Shown here piece by piece: positions 36,855 through 61,442 of a stretch of DNA of 64,000 bases; position 1 is the stretch's first letter, and every line of letters starts with the position of its first letter. This DNA comes from the human T2T-CHM13v2.0 reference genome, Homo sapiens, in assembly GCF_009914755.1 (NCBI RefSeq), contig NC_060944.1, one strand, 5' to 3'. The notes below the pieces were generated by a model. It saw only the letters and a program-made list of their open reading frames with translations. It ran no database searches and had not been told where the DNA came from. Both the position numbers and the translations under genes were made by a program.

Positions 36855-38205
36855 TTCTCAGTGTTCTCTTTTTATTGTTTTGCAGCAGAATGCCCACATA
36901 GAACATAATTGCAAATATTTGGCAGTGCAAATGAGGAGCCAGTGCTTAAGTACAAATGGGACACATGTTTCTTTTGTTTTACATAAATATTTACACACAA
37001 CTCAGGCCCTACAAACAACTAGACTCTAGGTCTGAGCAGCAGAGAAAATGCCCCTGGGCCTGCTTCCCCCCAGCGATCAGTTCATGGAATTGATCATGGT
37101 TATTGATAGTGATGCTGATGGTCGAACGTGATCACAACGCACCCATTTTCTAGAGCCTTCCCCCACCCTCCACAGACATATCTGGCCAGGACAGACAATT
37201 GGAGTTTCTTGAAGGTCAATGGTCTGCAGCTGTTGAGCACTCACCATGATTCTGTTGTTTCCTGTTTCTGTGGAGGAGACAAACGCACTTCATGACTCTC
37301 TTCAGCTCCTCTTACAGGACCAGCACCAAAGCCCCTGACACCTCCAAGGACATTGGACCTCGCCCTTGAAGAAGCCTTTGCCCTTTTCATCTTTAAAGAT
37401 CTTCCTCCAACAATCTAGGGTCCCTGTATACATGATGTGGGCTCCTTTGAGCTCCATGTGGGAGGATAGGAGATCATGTTGGCCATGGCCCTCATAGTCT
37501 TTGCAGTAACTCAGCTTGCCAGGATGTGCATGTTCTTGGGGCTGGGGAGCATGCCCTCAGCTGTATCCTACTAGCAGAAGGAGGCTGCTGGGTAGATGAT
37601 GATGTCTTGCATGAGATGCTGAAGCCCTGGTACAGGCCCTGGGTCCATTGGATTTGGTGATCCTCACCGGCCAGGCTCCCAGGTCTTTGAACTCATGCAC
37701 TGTGCCCAATTTCCCAATGTCTGCTGCCAGGAGGTTCTGGGAAATCCAGGGGGTACATGAAGCAGAGTGAGGTGGTGCCAGCCAGGCCACCCAAGGCCGG
37801 GTGGCCAGCGAAGCACCTCCAGAACTGCATGCGCTTGTCTGCACCCCCAGGAAGAACTGCTTGTACTTATCCTTGAAGGCAAAGTTAAGGGCTTGCATGG
37901 GAAGTAATGGATGGCACTGGCAAGGTTGCCCTTCCAGGAAGACAGCCCCATGCTCCTTGGAGATGCAGAGGACGCAGTCCATCCACCACACTTCGTGCTG
38001 CTTGTGGGCTGCAATCTGCTACTGGCATGTTGCCCCTGCAGCAGCAGCAGCTTGACCTGCTGGATCTGAGCCACGGCCATTTGGGAATCATTGGTGAGGG
38101 AGTTGGACTGTTCCATCATGGTGGCAGGCAGGACAATGGAGTGTGGAGAGCTAGGGAGCAGAGGGAGGTGCTGGTGGCTCAGCCCTGCCACCTTGGACCA
38201 AAGGC
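36855..38205 (-). pseudogene. SLC25A6P1: Processed pseudogene of mitochondrial ADP/ATP carrier SLC25A6 (ANT3)
   Basis: Minus strand shows gccaccATG at 38119 and peptide remnants [47 protein letters not shown]. It is intronless with many frameshifts, retains 5' and 3' UTR, has AATAAA at 36871-76, and a degenerate TSD ccctca(t/a)t(t/g)ttga. The P-number is from memory. Confidence 0.9.
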
Positions 38206-38343
38206 TACCCTCAATGTTGAAGGGTATTGTCACCGGATATTAATCTCTGGGTTGACAATCTCTCTCTGCCTTTCAGCTGGCACTACAAATGTAGTGTTCT
38301 ATTGTCCTTTAGTTTCTATTGTTTAGGACATGAAGTCAGCTGT

Positions 38344-38676
38344 TGTATTTGTATATTATTTTCATACTGCTATGAAGAAATGCCTGAGACTGGGTAATTT
38401 ATAAAGTAAAAAGTTTAATGGACTCACAGTTCCACATGGCCGGGGAGGCAAAGGAGACAAAGGCACATCTTATATGGCAGCAGGCAAGAGAGCATATGTA
38501 GGGCAACTGCCCTTTATAAAACCATCAGATCTCATGAGACTTACTCACTATCACGAGAACAGCAAGGGAAAAGCTGACCCCCATGATTCCATTACCTCCC
38601 ACTGGGGGGGTTTACGGGATTATGGGAGCTACAATTCAAGATGAGATTTGGGTGGGGACATAGCCTAACCATATCA
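38344..38676. mobile_element. THE1 solo LTR (MaLR)
   Basis: THE1 motifs (gagactgggtaatttataaag, aaaccatcagatctcatgagac); perfect 5-bp TSD GCTGT. Confidence 0.92.
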
Positions 38677-39049
38677 GCTGTCATTTGTAATTATTTTTTT
38701 CTTTTATGTAATGCATCTTTTCTCTCCACTTTCTGTTTTTGAGATTTTTCTTTTTACTTTTAGCAGCTTTACTCTGATATATCTAGATGTGCTTTCTTTG
38801 TATTGTTTGGGGTTTGCTGAATGTCTGGAATCTCAAATTGATGTTTTCCATTGTATTTAGTTATATTTTGGAAATTATTTCTTCAAATATATATATATTT
38901 GGCATCATTCTCACTCTTTTCTCCTGTTGGGCTCCAGTTACACATATGTTACATTGTTTGATATCATCCCATAGGTCTCTGAAACCATCTTTTTTCTTTC
39001 TACCCTGTAGATTGGATAATTTAAGTATCTTTAGAAAAAAGAAGTCTGG

Positions 39050-39391
<342 letters not shown>

Positions 39392-39890
39392 TCATGTAAA
39401 TTTTCCATCTTTTTCTTTAAGATTGTTTTGACCACATTGGCCCTTTGCATTTACATATAAATTCACAACTTTCTACATAGAAAAAGTCTGTCAGGGTGTT
39501 GATTTGGATTGCTTCAGATCTAGAGAGTAAATTGGAGATAATTGATATAAATACAAATTTGAGTCTTCTAATTCCTGAAGATGGTGTACCCCTCTATTTA
39601 TAGTTAGATGTCACTTAAAGATGGGGATACATTCTGAGAACTGTGTCAGGTGATTTTGTCATTGTGTGAACATCACCAAGCGTACTTACACAAAGTTAGA
39701 TGGCCTAGCCTACTACACACCGAGGCTATGTGGTATAGCCTATTGCTCTGAGGCTACAAATCTGTACAACATGTTACTTTGCTGAATACTGTAGGCAACT
39801 GTAACATAATGGTGTTTGTGAGTGTAAGCATATCTAACATAGAAAAGGTACAGTAAAAATATGATATAAAAGATAAAAAGTGATGTACTT

Positions 39891-40309
39891 TGTATTAGCT
39901 TGTTCTTGCATTGCTATGAAGAAATATCTGAAGCTGGGAGAATAGAGGTTTAATTGGCTCATGGTTCTGTAGGCTTTACAGGATGCATGGTGCTGGCATC
40001 TGCTTCTGGTGACACCTAGGATGATTACCCTCATGGTAGAAGGCAATGGAGAGCCAACATGTAACACGGTGAAAGCAGGAACAAGAGAGAGCCAAGGGGG
40101 AGGTGCCAACTTTAAACAACCACATGCTCATGTGAACTCAGAGCAAGACTCACTGGTTATTTTGAGGACAGCACCGAGAGAATGGTGTCAAGCCATTCAT
40201 GAGGGATCGACACCCCAATCGAATCACCTCCCACCAGGCTCCACCTCCAACATTGGGAATCATATTTCAACATGAGATTTGGTGGGGGGCAAATATCCAA
40301 ACCATATCA
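39891..40309. mobile_element. MST solo LTR (MaLR)
   Basis: tgtattag...attggctcatggttctgtaggct...ccaaaccatatca. Confidence 0.85.
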
Positions 40310-40689
40310 CACCTGTATAGGGCACCTACCATGAATGGAGACTGCAGGAATGGAAGTGGATCTGGGTGAGTCAGTGAGTAAGTGGTGAGTGAATGTAAAG
40401 GCCTAGGACATTACTGTACACTACTGTAGACTTTACAAACACTTTGTACACTTTATACAGAGTGTATCATTTTATAAACTGTACACTTAGGGAACACTAC
40501 ATTTATAAAAGTATTTTTTTCTTTCTTTAATAATAAATTAACCTTGGATTACTATGACATTTTTACTTTTTAAAACTTCAAATTTTTAAAAAAGTCTTGA
40601 CTTCTGTAATAATATTTAGCTTAAAACATGAACACACTGTATAACTGTATAATTATTTTCTTTCTGTATATCCTTATTCTATAAGCTTT

Positions 40690-46101
<5,412 letters not shown>

Positions 46102-46563
46102 TATTAGTGTCTTCCACCTCCACATCTCGTCCCAAGAGAAGATCTTTTGGGGCAATAACACACATGGAGCTGTCATCTCCTATGATAACAATGCTTTCTT
46201 CTGGAATACCTGGTGAAGGACCTGCCTGAGCCTGTTTTACATTAAAATGTTTTTTATGAGTAGAAAGAGTGCACTCTAAGGTAATAAAACAGTATAGTAT
46301 AGTAAAGATGTAAACAAATAGCATAGTTATTTATGATCATTATCAAGTATTATGTATTATACATAATTGCTTGTGCTATACTTTTATATGACTGACAACA
46401 CAGTAGGCTTGTTTTCACAAGTATGAGTAATGTTACAGTGACTAAGACATCACTAGAAGATAGAGATTCTCAGCTTCATTATAATAATCTTATGAGACCA
46501 CCGTTGTAAGTTGTATATACAGTCTGTTGTTGTCCAAAACATTGTTATGTGTTTCATTACTCT

Positions 46564-50014
<3,451 letters not shown>

Positions 50015-50237
50015 TTAAAGAATAAATTCTCGTCTTGTAGATTATAAATCTGAGACTAAGAATGATTTACTCAAGGTGACATGCCTATTAAGTGCAGAAC
50101 CAGAATTTGAACCAGGTCTTTTGAAATTAAGTCCTATTTAAGACTCCCCAGCTCCATGTATCAACCACATCTAAGGATTGGCACCTCAGTGAAGGCAACA
50201 GTGAAAGTGTTTGGACATGTCAAAAAGGGAGGGAAGG

Positions 50238-50670
<433 letters not shown>

Positions 50671-51512
50671 AAAAGGGAGGGAAGGAGTGAGCTGAGTGGT
50701 GGCTGTTTTGCCAACAGGGGTCAGCTTAGCTTGTTTGTTCATCTAGCTGGTGTTCTTATCCTGAGCTTGGTTGTAGCCACACTTCCAATGGAGACAGTCA
50801 CATTCATCACCCATACACAAACACAACCTACGACTTGCAGCCACACATATGACTGTGTCTGCGACAGATCCAAAGAAGTATATACAGTAGGAAAGCTGTT
50901 CAGGCAGTATTGGTCCCAGTAGTCAGTTGACTCAGAAAACTGGGCAAGGATTTTTATTGCTTTTGGGACATATAGGCAGTGATACAAATGGTACCTTAGG
51001 CCGGAAAGACAATTGGCTAGGCCTAAAAGGGATTAGGCATGTAAGTGCTTTATTCATAACATAAATAGTGCAAGCCACAAAACTACTGTTACCATGTTCC
51101 CTCCTCCAGGGACCAAGCCAACAGAAATCACCAGTGTGGGATGAAGTTTGACCTGAATTGGAGCCACATGGAGAATGCTGCCTCAGGGTTGGGTGTGGAT
51201 GGGGAGGCACTGAGTACGATGAGGGAGAAGCCAATTTGATACTTTGTGGAAGAGGAAAAATCATAAGATTACTGCTTGGTGGCTCCAGAGGACTGGGATG
51301 ACATGGTCTTGATTGTTTCTCTCATTTCTCCCTGCAAAGTCATGGTAGCTGGGTAACTGTGATTGTCAAAATGGAGGCTGGGATTAAATTCTTGCCCCAA
51401 TTCCTTTGCCCTCCACCCTCAAGAATGAAGAATATTAGTTATGTTTACAAATGAAAAAGTTTTTTCACTGACCCCCCTCTTCTGACAAATGCATGTGAAA
51501 TGGGCAGACTTG

Positions 51513-51957
51513 CAGTTGACTTTTGAGTAACACGGAGGTTAGGGGGTACCAGTACCACCCCCAACATCATCTGCCGCCAAAATCTGCTTATAACTTTTGA
51601 CTTCCCCAAAACTTAACTACTAATAGGCTACTGTTGACCAGAAGCCTTCTTGATAACATAAACAATTTACCCATATGTCTATGTTATATGTATTATATAC
51701 TGTATTCTTACAATAAAATAAGCTAGAGAAAAGAATATTACTAAGAAAATCATAAGGAAGATAAAATATATTTACTCTTCATTAAGTGGAAGTGGATCAT
51801 CATAAAGGCCTTCATCCTTGTTGTTTTCACGTTGAATAGGCTGAGGAGGAGGAGGAAGGGGAGGAGTTGGTCTTGCTTCTCAGGGGTGGCACAAGTAGAA
51901 AATCCATGTATAAGTGGACCCACAGAGTTCAGACCCAGATTATTCAAGGGTCAGTTG
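51513..51957. mobile_element. Tigger2a-like DNA transposon
   Basis: Terminal inverted repeats cagttgacttttgagtaa / ttattcaagggtcagttg followed by TA. Confidence 0.85.
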
Positions 51958-53979
51958 TATTTCCCTTCTCATGTTCTCTCTCCGCTTTTCAGGGGGAAGC
52001 AACATTGGAATGGGGACTTTTAGTGTCTCTTCTTCTTCCTCTTCCCCCAAGGAAGGAGCTAATATAATTGGTAAGGACCTACTGTTTTTAAGGTCTGTGC
52101 TGCCCAAGGGTGGGCTTATGGGGCTTCAAACACAAACCCCAGGGCCCAGTTTCTCCTCTTTTGTGCTGTCTCTCTCATGAGTGAGTAAAACATCCCTGGA
52201 TCCCCTGGCTCCCGTGCCACAGGCAACCCAGGGCAAGTCTTTCTCCTCCTTTCACTCTTCTGAAGCCCTCTGCAGGGAGATCCAGTGAATCTACATGGAA
52301 CTGGACAGGGAGCCAAAGAGGTGTAGGTTTCCCTCTTTCAGAGTCAGGCTTAGAGAGCCCCACTGCAGCCTCAAATCTAGTATCTACATCTTTCCATCTA
52401 AATACTGCCAAATCTCCTATTAAAGCTGTCACTTTGACCCCCACAGGGTTATGTGCCATTCTCTGGGGAGAATCACCTTGAACCTAATCCTACAGGAAGA
52501 AGAACATCTGTCTCTGTTTCTTCAGACATTTTTGCTCCCAGCGGCTGGATGTGCATTCACTGGCACTTTGACAAAAGCAGGACATGCTGTAAATATTTCT
52601 CAGTGTGCTGATGCATTTATTGAACTTGTAATATATAAAAGGGTGAATCACCATGTTGCAATCATAAAAAATTCAATTTTTAAGCATGTCTTCTTGGTCT
52701 CCTAGATTCCTAAAACATAAGTCTCAAGTGCTTTAGGTAAATGGATATAACAGAACACCATTACAACCATGAGCAGCAATAAGCAAAAGAAAGGGAACAA
52801 AGAACCCACAGCGGAAGCAGAATTGAGCAACCAAGCAAACAGGCATGAACAGAAGAACCATATATAATGTTGACTTGTGTTCAAACAGCCCCCTGATCTT
52901 CTCGGAGAAAGGTGCTACCTGAAATAGAAATAAGATAGATATTTTTCACACATTCCTCATACCCTTTTTCCGGTCTTGGTTACAAAATGTATAGGGCTTC
53001 AGGTTACTCCTCAACCAAAATTATATTACAGGAGACCTCAAAACAGTTGCTCTTGGGGGCTCGGGTGCTGACCTGCTGGTATGTCATAAGATTACCTTGT
53101 TTTTCCATCAGTTCTGATGCCTGAGCTCTGGGCAAGTGAGATCTCTGGGTTTTTGGAAGAAGAACTTGAGGAAGGTAAAGTCCATCTTTGTCAATCCTGG
53201 TCCTCATTCAGGGTGGTGACTTGGAACATCACTCATCTTATCCCAGGGCACATGTCTGCACTCATAGTGATGGAAATTACTTACTGTCAGAAAACCGGAC
53301 TGCAATCCTCTAACTTGAATTGCAGGTGGTTCTGTGAATTCTACACTGGTGAGGCTAAGAGATTTGGAACGCTGTCCACATTGTCACTTGCTGCCTGTTC
53401 TCCTGAGTACGCTCAGCATTTGAGTCCCCAGTAACTGTCAGGGAGGCTTAGTAGGTAACAAGCATTCTGTTCTATTTTCTGAATGAAAGTATGAACACTT
53501 TTCCTAGAAAATGTACCCATGTGGAGTGGGAAAGGTGTATGTGGAAAAGGCGAGGAATTGACAGCCTAAGGAGGAAAAGGGGCGGTGGACTGAAGAACTG
53601 CTTCTTTTTAGGGGTTGGCTTCATCTGAGGAGATGACCAGCTTGCCGTTGTGCCTGCAGGCCTGACACATGCACATACATGCCTGTTAGGTAATCAACCC
53701 TGCCAAGTCCTCAACATCACCAAGCAAGGAGAGAATGTGTTCCTTAGTCCCTCAAGAAATGACTCCTAGAATAGCTTGGAGAGATGCAGCAACCAAAAAT
53801 CTGGCAGAAGTATTCAGTAACAGCCTCTATGGTTTGGTCTTTGATTCCCCAGCGAAACCCAAGGAAACTCTTGGGGGCAGCTTGTCCTTCCTGAAGACCC
53901 CTTTTGGGGCCACCCTCCAAGTGGGACCCGCTGACCCTCCCTTCCTGCTGCTCACTCTCTTTGGTAGTCCCTTCCCACA

Positions 53980-54205
53980 CTGATTAGAGCTGATCCATGT
54001 TAGCAACAGGACACTGTGGACATGACAGTGTGTGACTTCTGAGATGAGGTCATAAAAGACACTGTGGCTCCCACTGTGCTTCAGAAGGACAACTTGCTTG
54101 GGGGAGGGGGAAGCCAGCTGCCATGTTGTGAGGAGGCTCAAGCACCTCATGTGGAGGTTCATGTGTTTAGGGACTGAGGCCTCCTGAAAACAGCCATGCT
54201 GAGCC
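53980..54205. mobile_element. MLT1 LTR fragment
   Basis: gtgtgacttctgag...gtcataaaagacactgtggct...gaagccagctgccatgttgtgagg. Confidence 0.65.
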
Positions 54206-55945
54206 TGTTTCCTTCTCGGTAAAGTGTGAATGATAATAAGATACACCTCATATAATTTTATGAGAATCAGATGACATAATCCCTGTCAAGTGCTCCATGC
54301 ATTCTTCAAATAAATAACTTTTACTGGTTGTATGATGTTCCATGATATGGACATATTACGGTTTAATTAGTTCCTTTTAGGTGGACATGTAGGTTGTTTC
54401 CAAATCTTACTATTTTTATAAATCACTTTGCAATACATATTATTGAATGTGTGGATTTGTCTAGGTCTTAGATTATTTCTTTAGGGTGTGTTGTTTTCTA
54501 AATTGCATCAGAGCCTGTAAGAATGAAGGTTATGAAGTCTAATATATGAGCAGGTCCTCCTACTTCTACTCATCTTTATCTCACCAGGGTACCACTATCA
54601 AAAGCTAAAAATTGGGCACACAAGAGACCATGCTTTTATGCATGGTTATGGAGGACCCCCAGGGGACATCATCTGTACGAAATGGGACTGATAAGTGGAT
54701 GATTTTGCCACAAAATAGAAAATGGACAGTAACAGGCATATGTCTCTTGGGTAGCCTCTGAACCCCTGAGAGAGGAAGACCTGTGGATATTTCTGTGAGC
54801 TTCTGACCACACTACAAATGTAAACATTTGTACTTCTTCGAATATGTTCTTGGTTAACTCAGTGTTCATAATCAATATTTATTTCAGCTTTTCTGCAAAT
54901 GCTTATCTTTCCTAGTAATCAGATCTCCTAAGACCTCCGGGCTTTTTGGCCTCTCAGGGGAATGGATCTGATTCCACACTAGGCTGGATATGCAGGATTT
55001 AACCAGTTGTATTAACCTAGCTTATTGAACATTTTCTCCATCCTTGCTCATGTTGGACAGTTCTTTTATAATAAATTAAGTGGTGTTTTTTTCAGGGTTG
55101 TCTAGTTTATTCACTTAGTTTGTCTGTGTACTCTTGCACCTTTGCACATTGAGTTTTCTTACTTCTTTAGTATATTTTGATATGTAATTATAGGCCACTT
55201 TCCTCTACCTCACTTTTTTCTTTCAAAGTTCTAGTTGTTATTAAATTTACTCTTCCTGATGAGAAAATAGGAGACTAGAAGATAGGTTTGAAGAAACTGT
55301 AGATCATGTAAGATTCTACACAGGTTAAGCATATAGTTAATTCATTTCTTTTCTTTCATTCAAAATTAATGCTTTTCTTTCTTGCTTCTCCTCCTCCTTC
55401 TTTCCTCTCTGTTTTCATTCTGTATTCCTCTGTTATCCACTTATATTCTGAAACTTTTACTTCCCATTTTTGATTTGCTGGTTTCCTGTTGGATCTTTTC
55501 TATGATCACCATTTCTTGTTTTAGAGTTATTTACAGTCTCTTAAATTTTCATTTTAGGGCTTTTTAAAATTAAAGGTTAGCATAGATACAGGAAAGTGCA
55601 CATAGTACAATAGTCTTAAGTACAGCTTGCTGAATTTTTATGAAGGTATAGATCCATGTAACTACCATTGGGATCAAGAATCTAATAAGGCTTTCTCATG
55701 CCCCTTCCCAGTCTACACCTCATCTCTACCCAGAATGAACCACTGTTTTGACTTTTATCAGTATATATTGGTTTGCTTGTTCTTCACCTTCATGTAAATG
55801 GACTCATACTGTGAGCACTCGCCTGTGTCTGGCTTCTTTTGCTTATCATTATGTCTGTGAGATCCACTCATGTTTTATGGGTACTAGTAGTTTGTCCTTT
55901 TTTATTGTGGGGTAGTATTATATTATAAAAATAAACCATAATTTG

Positions 55946-56272
<327 letters not shown>

Positions 56273-57786
56273 AGCCCCCCATCCCATAATTTATTCATTC
56301 TCTTCTTGATAAGACAATCATATTCTTATACAGCATTTTAGTAAGCTTCACTAGTAACAATATCCCATAATTAAAATAGGAATCTTTGTATTGTGTTAAA
56401 AAAAACTCTATTTAGATTCTTCCATTAATTTCCAGCTCTAACTCACTCAGCAAAATAATAAGACAACCACCAAATTGGAACCCTTTGCAGTTCATTATCA
56501 CAGAATTGACTGAAGTATGTATCTTCTCACTTATGATATAAGTATCTTTTTCTTTATTTTATTGTAACATTGAGATACTGAAGCTTAAATATGCTTTCCT
56601 CAAAGTTCCACTGGTAATCAGGAAAGAATTGTGGTCAGAAAAGACAGAGAAGACAGTCAAAACTGGTTTGAATGCCTTGAACATTTATTCATTTGTTACA
56701 TTTCAGGTAACATTCTTCTCCCCTTGTATAGAGAGTTTCAGGTGATATGAAATAGTTGAAATGAAGAGGTCTATGTAAATTTTAAGACAATAAGTAATTC
56801 ATGATCATTTCCCATGATCACTTGAGACAGAAAGGGGGCTGAAGGACTGACAGCTGGCAAAACAGGTTCCCCAAAGGCAGGACCGGACAGACTCTGCCCT
56901 GTTTTCTTTGGAAGCCATTTGTCACTGTCAAAAACACATAGTGGCCTCTCTTTTAGCTCTATTCAAACAAGAATATAATTTGTATCCTGACGTTTCCCTG
57001 AAAATAGCAAGTTTCATTTGTCACCCGGGTGGTTTTCAAGCTTCATATCCACTGTTGTAAAGGTGAGTTGAGCTTTTTAAGAGTGGCTTTGTTCAGCAAT
57101 GTTATTTCCTCATGAAAACCTATAACTTGACTTTTCAAGCTTATATCCTTTCACATCCTCTTGCTGTCTCCATGAAACTTGACAATTATTTATTTTTGTA
57201 TTATATGCTTATTAAGCTCAACTTCATTCTTTAAATAATCATATTAGTATTCATGTTTATGATTGTGGGTCACTGATTCTTCAGCTATTACTTTTCATTC
57301 ATATCTCTTCTTATAAAAGAAGGTAATAATTTAAATATATGAGTCAAAAATGATATTAAGACTGTCTTTTAGAACAATCTAAAGCTCAGCTTTGAATGGA
57401 AATTACAGTTTAGCCATGATAGAACTGTAGTTTCATTGTAACTGGGAATAAAATGAATTGCTTTTCACGTGAGGTAGGAAAATATGGAAGAATTAAGAGA
57501 CTTTCATATTAGAAGAATGCTAAGAAAGTGACTACTATATTATTACATGTATGTATCTCATCCAGCCCCTTTTTCCTTAAAATAATTCCTAAAACTATGA
57601 AAGAGAAAGACTTGTGAAGTTGTATTACTTTTTTTCCTCTTATAAAGGAAGAGCGCCTAGATTGTAGAAATAGTAGAAAATAAACACACTTTAAAACAGA
57701 GAAAAAATTCATGTTAAAATACAGCAACTCCTATATTGAAAGCCTGGAATTCTGGAGCTTGATGATACCTAGGAGATGTTTTAGTT

Positions 57787-58009
57787 CAGCAGTTGGCAAA
57801 CCATGGCCCCTGTGCCAAATCCAGCCTGCTGCTTGTTTTGGTGAATAAGATTTGATTGGAACCCAGCCACATGCATGTGTTTATAGTTTGTCTATGGCGG
57901 CTTTCATACTACATGACATAGTTGAGTAGCTGTGACAGAGACCAAATGGCCTGCAAAGCCTAAAATATTTGCTATCTGGCCCTTTACAGAAAACATTTTC
58001 TGATGCTTG
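57787..58009. mobile_element. MER58A-like hAT MITE
   Basis: cag...ttggcaaac...ggcc...gccaaatccagcc and gcaaagcctaaaatatttgctatctggccctttacagaaaa. Confidence 0.85.
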
Positions 58010-58488
58010 ATCCAGTTGCCAGTAAAGAGTTGATTATGCAGGAGAGTGCTCTTGAACATACCGTGATATGCCTGGGCCTTCCGCACAAAGCTTACAGTCT
58101 AATTGGGAAAGTTAAGTCATGGGCATTAGTACAATTTGGAGGAAGAAAATGACTAGTGCCCTGGAAAATACAAAGGGTTTCAGGATTTCAGTGGAGCCTT
58201 GGGGAAGGCACCATGGAAAAGTTTAGGCTCAGTTTGATGAATGGATAGGGTTCAACTATGCCCAAATGTCTGTAGAATATTCCTGTTCAAAGGAACATTG
58301 ATAAGAAAGGCTGAAATATGGGAAAGCACTGTGCATGCATGAGGACCACCAAGCAGATCAACTGGGCATGTGCAAGAGTGGGCTAGGGGATCCATCCAGA
58401 ATGACGGGGCTGGGGGATCTAAATGTAGGCTGAGAATGATGTCTTTTATGTCATAGGCTTAGAGGGGGTTGGAGGAAAACATGGTCAT

Positions 58489-59047
58489 TATAGTGGCTTA
58501 AAATATATCCACAAACCCTTTGATACCCTCTTCAAAAGATGGGACTGGATTCCTCTCCCTTAGGTGTAGACTGGATTGGATTTGGTGAGCTGCTTCTAAA
58601 GAACAAAGTCATGTGAGGATGATGGTGGGTGATTTTCAAGACTAAGTGATGAAAAGCACTGTGGCTTCCTTCTTGCTCTCTCTTGGGTCACTTGCTCTGG
58701 AGGACGCCAGGTGCCCTGTCTTGTGGATACAATGATAGCCCTATGGAGAGGCCCATGGATTGAAAACCTGAGTCTTTCTGCTAACAGTCATCAAGGAATG
58801 GAGGTCTTCTGACAACAGCCATGTGAGGCAGCCCTCCTGGAGGCAGATCCTCCAGCCCAGGTTGCGCTGTCAGATGGCTGTGGCTGTGGCTGAGAGCTTG
58901 GCTGCAGCCTCATGACATATCTTGGTCCAGAACAACCCAATTAAGCCACTCCTGGATTCTTGACCCTCAGAAACTTTGTAAGACGTTTGTTGTTTTAAGC
59001 CACTAAGTTGGGGGAAATTTGTTACATAGCAATAGATAATGAATAGA
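58489..59047. mobile_element. MaLR solo LTR (MLT1F-like)
   Basis: gccctatggagaggcccatgg...cagatcctccagccc...tgttgttttaagccactaagtt...gcaatagataa. Confidence 0.8.
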
Positions 59048-60004
59048 ATTATTGCCTTTATGGTGTCACTTTGGGCAAAATAAGCCTAGTAATTTTCATT
59101 AATTCATTAATTCATTCACTGACTGCATTCAATGGCATGTGCTCTGTGCAGTGCCCTGAGGGAGCCTTGGTCTTCAGGCTTCATGGAATGTTGCAGCACA
59201 TGGGATAGGCCTTGCTAATGAGTGACTACCGTGGGCATTCAGTCCCACTGTAGTCCAGGAGAAGGGGAATTGTGGCACTCACTTGTTGCTCTTCCCATAG
59301 AGTTCCCGACACACCAATAACCTCCTACCTCTCTACCCATGGGATTTCGGACTGTTTCCAGTACTCCCCATCATTGTAGAGTTTATTTCTAAAAAGCCCA
59401 CCCACGCTATAGATGAAAGCTCAAACACAGAGGCTGAGAAGTCCAGGGACCTACAGCTCATAAATGACAGGGTCAGGACCTCAACCTGGTCAGTTGATTC
59501 CTGGCCAAAGTTGTCGTTGGCCCTTTTTTGAGAAGCTAAATATAACTTTGCTTACAAGTTCAAAGGAAAGTGATTCAAAACTTGCTCCGTCAAATGTCTT
59601 GATTTTAGGATTCACAGGTAGAAATAAAATGAGTGAAAAAGCACTGAATTCATGTGAGAATGGGTTCCAAAAAATATAGCAGATTTATTCACTCATTCAT
59701 TTATTTATTAAATATGATGATCAGGCCATTACGCTAGTGATCCAGATAAGAAATGATTCTGATCTCTCCCAAGCTCAAAACGAGAGACTTCTTATGTGAG
59801 AAATGGTAAAATAGAGGTATCAACACAGTGCTACCTCTAGTCAGGAAATAGTGCAAAGAACACACACACACAATACACACACATACACACTACTTTTTCT
59901 ACCTCAACAAACTTAGGCTGTGGATTACCCACTGCATGTTTTATGGTCTCTAAAATATGGGACATTCTCTTGTATTTTTCCTGTAATAGCCAGGAAGAGA
60001 ATTT

Positions 60005-60346
60005 TTTTTATTACATTTTTTAATTTCCATAAGTTATTGGGGAACAGATGGTGTTTGGTTACATGAGAAAGTTCTTTGGTGGTGATTTGTGAGATTTTGG
60101 TGCACCCGTCACCTGAGCATTATACACTGCACCCAGTTTGTAGTCTTTTATCCCTTACCCACTTCCCACCATTTCCCCCTGAGTCCTCAAAGTCCATTGT
60201 GTTATTCTTATGCCTTTGCATCCTCATAGCTTAGCTCCCACATATGAGTGAGAGCATACGATGTTTGGTTTTCCATTCCTGAGTTACTTCACTTAGATTA
60301 ATAGTCTCCAATCTCATCCAGCTTGCTGCAAATGCCATTAATTCAT
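60005..60346 (-). mobile_element. 5'-truncated L1PB 3' end
   Basis: Same 3' UTR type as the element at 28951; perfect 14-bp TSD caggaagagaattt (59991-60004 and 60347-60360). Confidence 0.92.
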
Positions 60347-61442
60347 CAGGAAGAGAATTTCTTTGTGGTTAATTCAGCTTGACTTTTAAAGCTTTTAAGG
60401 AAAAGATAATATGTGGTTATATGTAAGGTGTAAAGTTCATGTCATTAAAAGGTGCTTGTCTATATGGCATGATCTGAGGCCCCATTGGTTTAAATATCTC
60501 ATTTCTTACTTGTCAAAGTGCATGAATGTCCAGCATTAGAAATGCAGTTCCTTGGGGTCTGGAGGGCATTGAGGGCTCCCAGCCCTGCTTCTTAAGTGCA
60601 TCTGCTGCTGCATAGTATCAGGCTTAAGTCTTAGCATCCACACCTTGTCAGCAATTAGGTGACAGCTAACTGTGCTCAAGGCTTTCTGGGGACTGAATGA
60701 AGAACTGGGGTGGCACAGGTAGTGAAGGAGGGTGAGAGGCTGGTGGGGCCATGACAGGGGGTGTTGGGGGTTGGCAGAGCCCAAACTTCCCTGCTTTCCC
60801 TGGAACTGGCTGCACCAAGAAGTTGAGGCTCCTGGTTTGTTTGGAATCAGGTATGGTACAATCCATTGTCCCGTGGACCAGTGTTGTCATAGAGGCCCAG
60901 GTCTCCTAAGACCAAGTAGAGGTGTACTGTTTTTGTTGGTGTGTGCACTAGTTACCTGTTCAAATGATCATTCTCTTGGGCAACAGGTAAAAAAGTTCCT
61001 TGCCTTAATTGGTTCCTCAGGTAAAGCACAAATAAGTCACTAGCTTGACAGTAGAATCAGCAGCAGTTTTTTTTTTTTTTTTCAGTAAGACAACAGAGAG
61101 CTCACAGTCCCCAAAAGAAAAAGTTACTTTCTTGCCAACATTGGTCAAAAGTATGATTCTTTTAGAAAAATTCAATGAAGATATTTCCTCTCCCAACCCC
61201 ATCAAGGCAGGAAATGGAATTGTATTTCCTAAATGAATGAATGTTTTCATAATATTTATGGTTTTGGATATATGTGATCATTAAAATGTGACTTCTATTT
61301 GCTATGCAAAGTGGAGACAAATTAGAATTGATTGCATATGGAGATTTTGTTTGTTTTGTATCCTTTTGTATATGCTACGAAATCTCAAAACCATTAGACC
61401 CGGAGGAACCTGGAGAGGCCATTGGATCCATCTTATGTCTCT

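Noticed and set aside
37557-38326. Overlapping 139-189-aa ORFs
   Set aside because: Frameshifted pieces and antisense shadows of the SLC25A6 pseudogene.
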